Below are positions 61,687 through 64,000 of a stretch of 64,000 nucleotides of DNA, piece after piece. The notes beneath the pieces are model-generated. The model was given only the letters and a program-made list of their open reading frames with translations, made no database searches and was not told the DNA's origin. Source of the stretch: Cyanophora paradoxa CCMP329 (taxonomy: Eukaryota; Plantae; Glaucophyta); NCBI GenBank assembly GCA_004431415.1, contig QPMI01000056.1, positions 1-64,000 of the forward strand, written 5' to 3'. Position 1 is the stretch's first letter. Each line of letters begins with the position of its first letter. The position numbers were made by a program, and so were the translations under genes.

Positions 61687-64000
61687 TGGAGCTGCGCGAG
61701 GCACGCGCGGCGGCGCTGGTGGCCGCCCGTGGCGACGAGGATGCAGCGGACGCTTTACCAGTCTCAAAGCGAGCCAGGAGAGATAAGGGCGAGGCCGAAG
61801 AGAAGGCAGCGTCGACGTCGATCCAAGAGGAAGTGAGTCCGCGTTACTTCTGCCGCGGCCGCAAAGCCGCGCGGCGGAAGCGCACGCTCACGGCATCCGC
61901 CTTCTCACTCTGACCCTCAGATCGTGGGAGCCGGAGAGCCCGCTGGGCGCCCGGAGCCGCCTCGGCTCGCGCTGCGGCTGGCGCCTCTGGTTGTGATCGA
62001 CCTGGAAGAAGATCTGGATGCATGTGCGGATGACGCGGTTCGTGCACGAAGCGTTCTTTCTGCGTGAACGTGCGTCTTTGACGCTGTCGGGGCAGGCGGG
62101 CGCCGTGGGCCGCGAGGTGACGGCCCCGGGGCCGCCCGGCACCGCGGCCGGAGGCCTAGGCCGCGAGAGGGCCAAGCTTAAGGGCGCGGAGGAGGCCGAG
62201 GAGGAACGCGGGGGGAAGCGGGTGCGGAAGCGCGATCGCGAGCGGACAGCACGCGCGCCGGCGAGCTCGCACGGGGCGCCGCCCGAGGCGCGCCGCATGC
62301 TGGAGCTCGAGGTGCCCGTCTCCCCTCCCTTCGCCGCCCGCGCGCGCCGGCACCGCCGGCGCCAGCGCCGGCTCCCGAGGCCGCGCTCAAGCCCGAGGCG
62401 CGCGCGCGCAGGCGGCGCAGGCGATGCAGGCGGCGGCCGCGCGCGGGAGCCCGACCGTGGACGAGCGGGGGGAGCGCCTGCCGTCCTCCCTCTTCTGCAG
62501 GGGGTGTCAGTACTTCTTCCAGCACAAGTGGTGGGGCCTCGGCGTGCGCACCGCCCCGCCCCGCCCCGCCCCGCCCTCCCCCGCATCGCGCACCCCGCCC
62601 GTCCCGACTGCGCCCCGCCCCGCCCCGCCCCTCCCTCCGCGCGCATCGCGCACCGCGCCCGACCCGACTGCGCAGTTCACCGTCAAGCTCGAGTGCACAG
62701 CAGAGGCACGCGCCGCGCCGCGCCGCGCCGCGCCGCGCCGCGCCGCGCCGCGCGGGCGGGCCGTGACGAGGCGGGCGGCCCGCGCCGCACCGCAGGGCGC
62801 GCGGCGGGAGCGGGATCGACTCCTCCTCAGCCTCCACGGCCCCGACGGGGCGGCCGGCGAGCTCGCCCACCCCCAAAACGGTCCGCCCCGCTCCCAAGGA
62901 GGTTCTAGAGCTCTTGCATTGCATTTAGAAACGATATCCACCAAGCATGCATAACCGCTCGCCGATCCGATCCGATCCGATCCGATCCGATCCGATTCGA
63001 TCCGATTCGATCTGATTTGATCCGCGCCGGGCCGGGCCGGTCCGGCCCGCGCAGAGTACGCGGCCGAGCGGTTCTACCAGGAGCTATTCGCCTCGGCGGA
63101 CCCGCCAAAGGTGCGCGCGCCCGCCCGCCCGGGGCCGGGCCGGGCAGGGCCGGCCCGCCCGCCCGCTCCAGATCCGAGTGGGGCCGCACGCGCGCGCGCA
63201 GGTCGGAGTACACGACCTCTGTCCGGGGACGGCCCCAGCGTGCGGGCGGCTGGTGGGGTACCTCCGCCTCGCGGGCGCCCTCGGCGCCGGGGCCGAGCTC
63301 GAGCTCTGGTCTTCGAGCCCTGAGCCGCGGCCGATCCCGGAGGCCTCGAGATCTGGATCGGGATCGGAGGGGGAGGGCGCGGAGGGCTGGCGGCGGGGGC
63401 CCCAGCCCTACTGGGCGGTCTCGCCCGCCGGCGTCGACCTCCTGGACCTCGAGTGGGGCGGCGCGCCCTTCCGCGCCGCCCTCGGCTGCGGCACCGAACC
63501 GGAGGTCCGTCCGTCCGTCCGCGCGCCAAGCCTAGGCCCAGGCCTAGCTAGGCCCAGGCCTCCCCTCCGCCTCTGACGCTCGCTTGCTTACGTTCACGCC
63601 ATCCCTCCCCGCGCGCGCCGCAGGTCATCATGCGGTGCCGGGATCGAGCGCTGCTGGCCATGCACGGCGTGACCGCCGCGCAGCGGCTCGGCCTCTCGTT
63701 CCCGTTCCCGGAGTACGTCAACGAGCCTTTCTTCCGCGCCCTCTTCGGCTCCGCCTCGCGCCCCCGGGTCGGCTTGCTCGATCCGGAGCCGGGCAGCCCC
63801 GCCGCCCGCCGCCTCCTCCGCGCCTTCCTCCGATCCTCCGGCGCCCTCCCGCCCCTCGCCCGCCCGGGGGCGCCGGCGCCGCCACGACGCGAGGCGGCGG
63901 CGGCCGCGGCCGCGGCGGCGCCGCCCCCGCCACCGCCGCCCCCGGCCGGCGCATCGACGTCAGCAGCGGCCCCCCCGACGCGAGGCAGCGGCTGCGACCG
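61687..64000 (+). CDS. Multi-exon hypothetical protein, runs off the window end
   Basis: MELREARAAA…; exons LFCRGCQYFFQHKWWGLG, EYAAERFYQELFASADPPK and VIMRCRDRALLAMHG…FPEYVNEPFF are bounded by GT/AG. Confidence 0.5.

Noticed and set aside
1-64000. rRNA/tRNA genes and prokaryotic operon or defence systems
   Set aside because: No conserved rRNA or tRNA signatures were seen; spliceosomal introns, a LINE and a MITE show the DNA is eukaryotic nuclear.

Overview
GC-rich, intron-dense eukaryotic (protist/algal-type) genomic DNA. The six-frame ORF list is mostly misleading here because real genes are broken by many short GT-AG and GC-AG introns and by occasional 1-bp indels. The left ~22 kb is a compact island that looks unlike the rest. 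It holds a ~248-bp tandem repeat array, two divergent paralogous Cys/His-cluster genes, a large F-box-led gene, a Cys/His-finger + SET-domain methyltransferase, a J-domain-like gene and a TET/JBP-type 2-oxoglutarate/Fe(II) dioxygenase that appears only after splicing. An AT-rich palindromic spacer and a second ~236-bp repeat follow. My best hypothesis is a large mobile or virus-derived element carrying a chromatin/DNA-modification (anti-silencing) toolkit, although no transposase or capsid gene is recognisable in the window. The right ~41 kb looks like host DNA: three paralogous F-box genes (one a pseudogene), a ~10-kb TmcB/TmcC-like membrane protein gene, two 5'-incomplete surface-protein genes, a small secreted Cys-rich protein and hypothetical genes. 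It also contains a hAT-type MITE with an 8-bp TSD and a 5'-truncated L1/Tx1-like LINE with poly(A) and an 8-bp TSD. All protein calls come from manual translation and motif recognition; no database searches were run.
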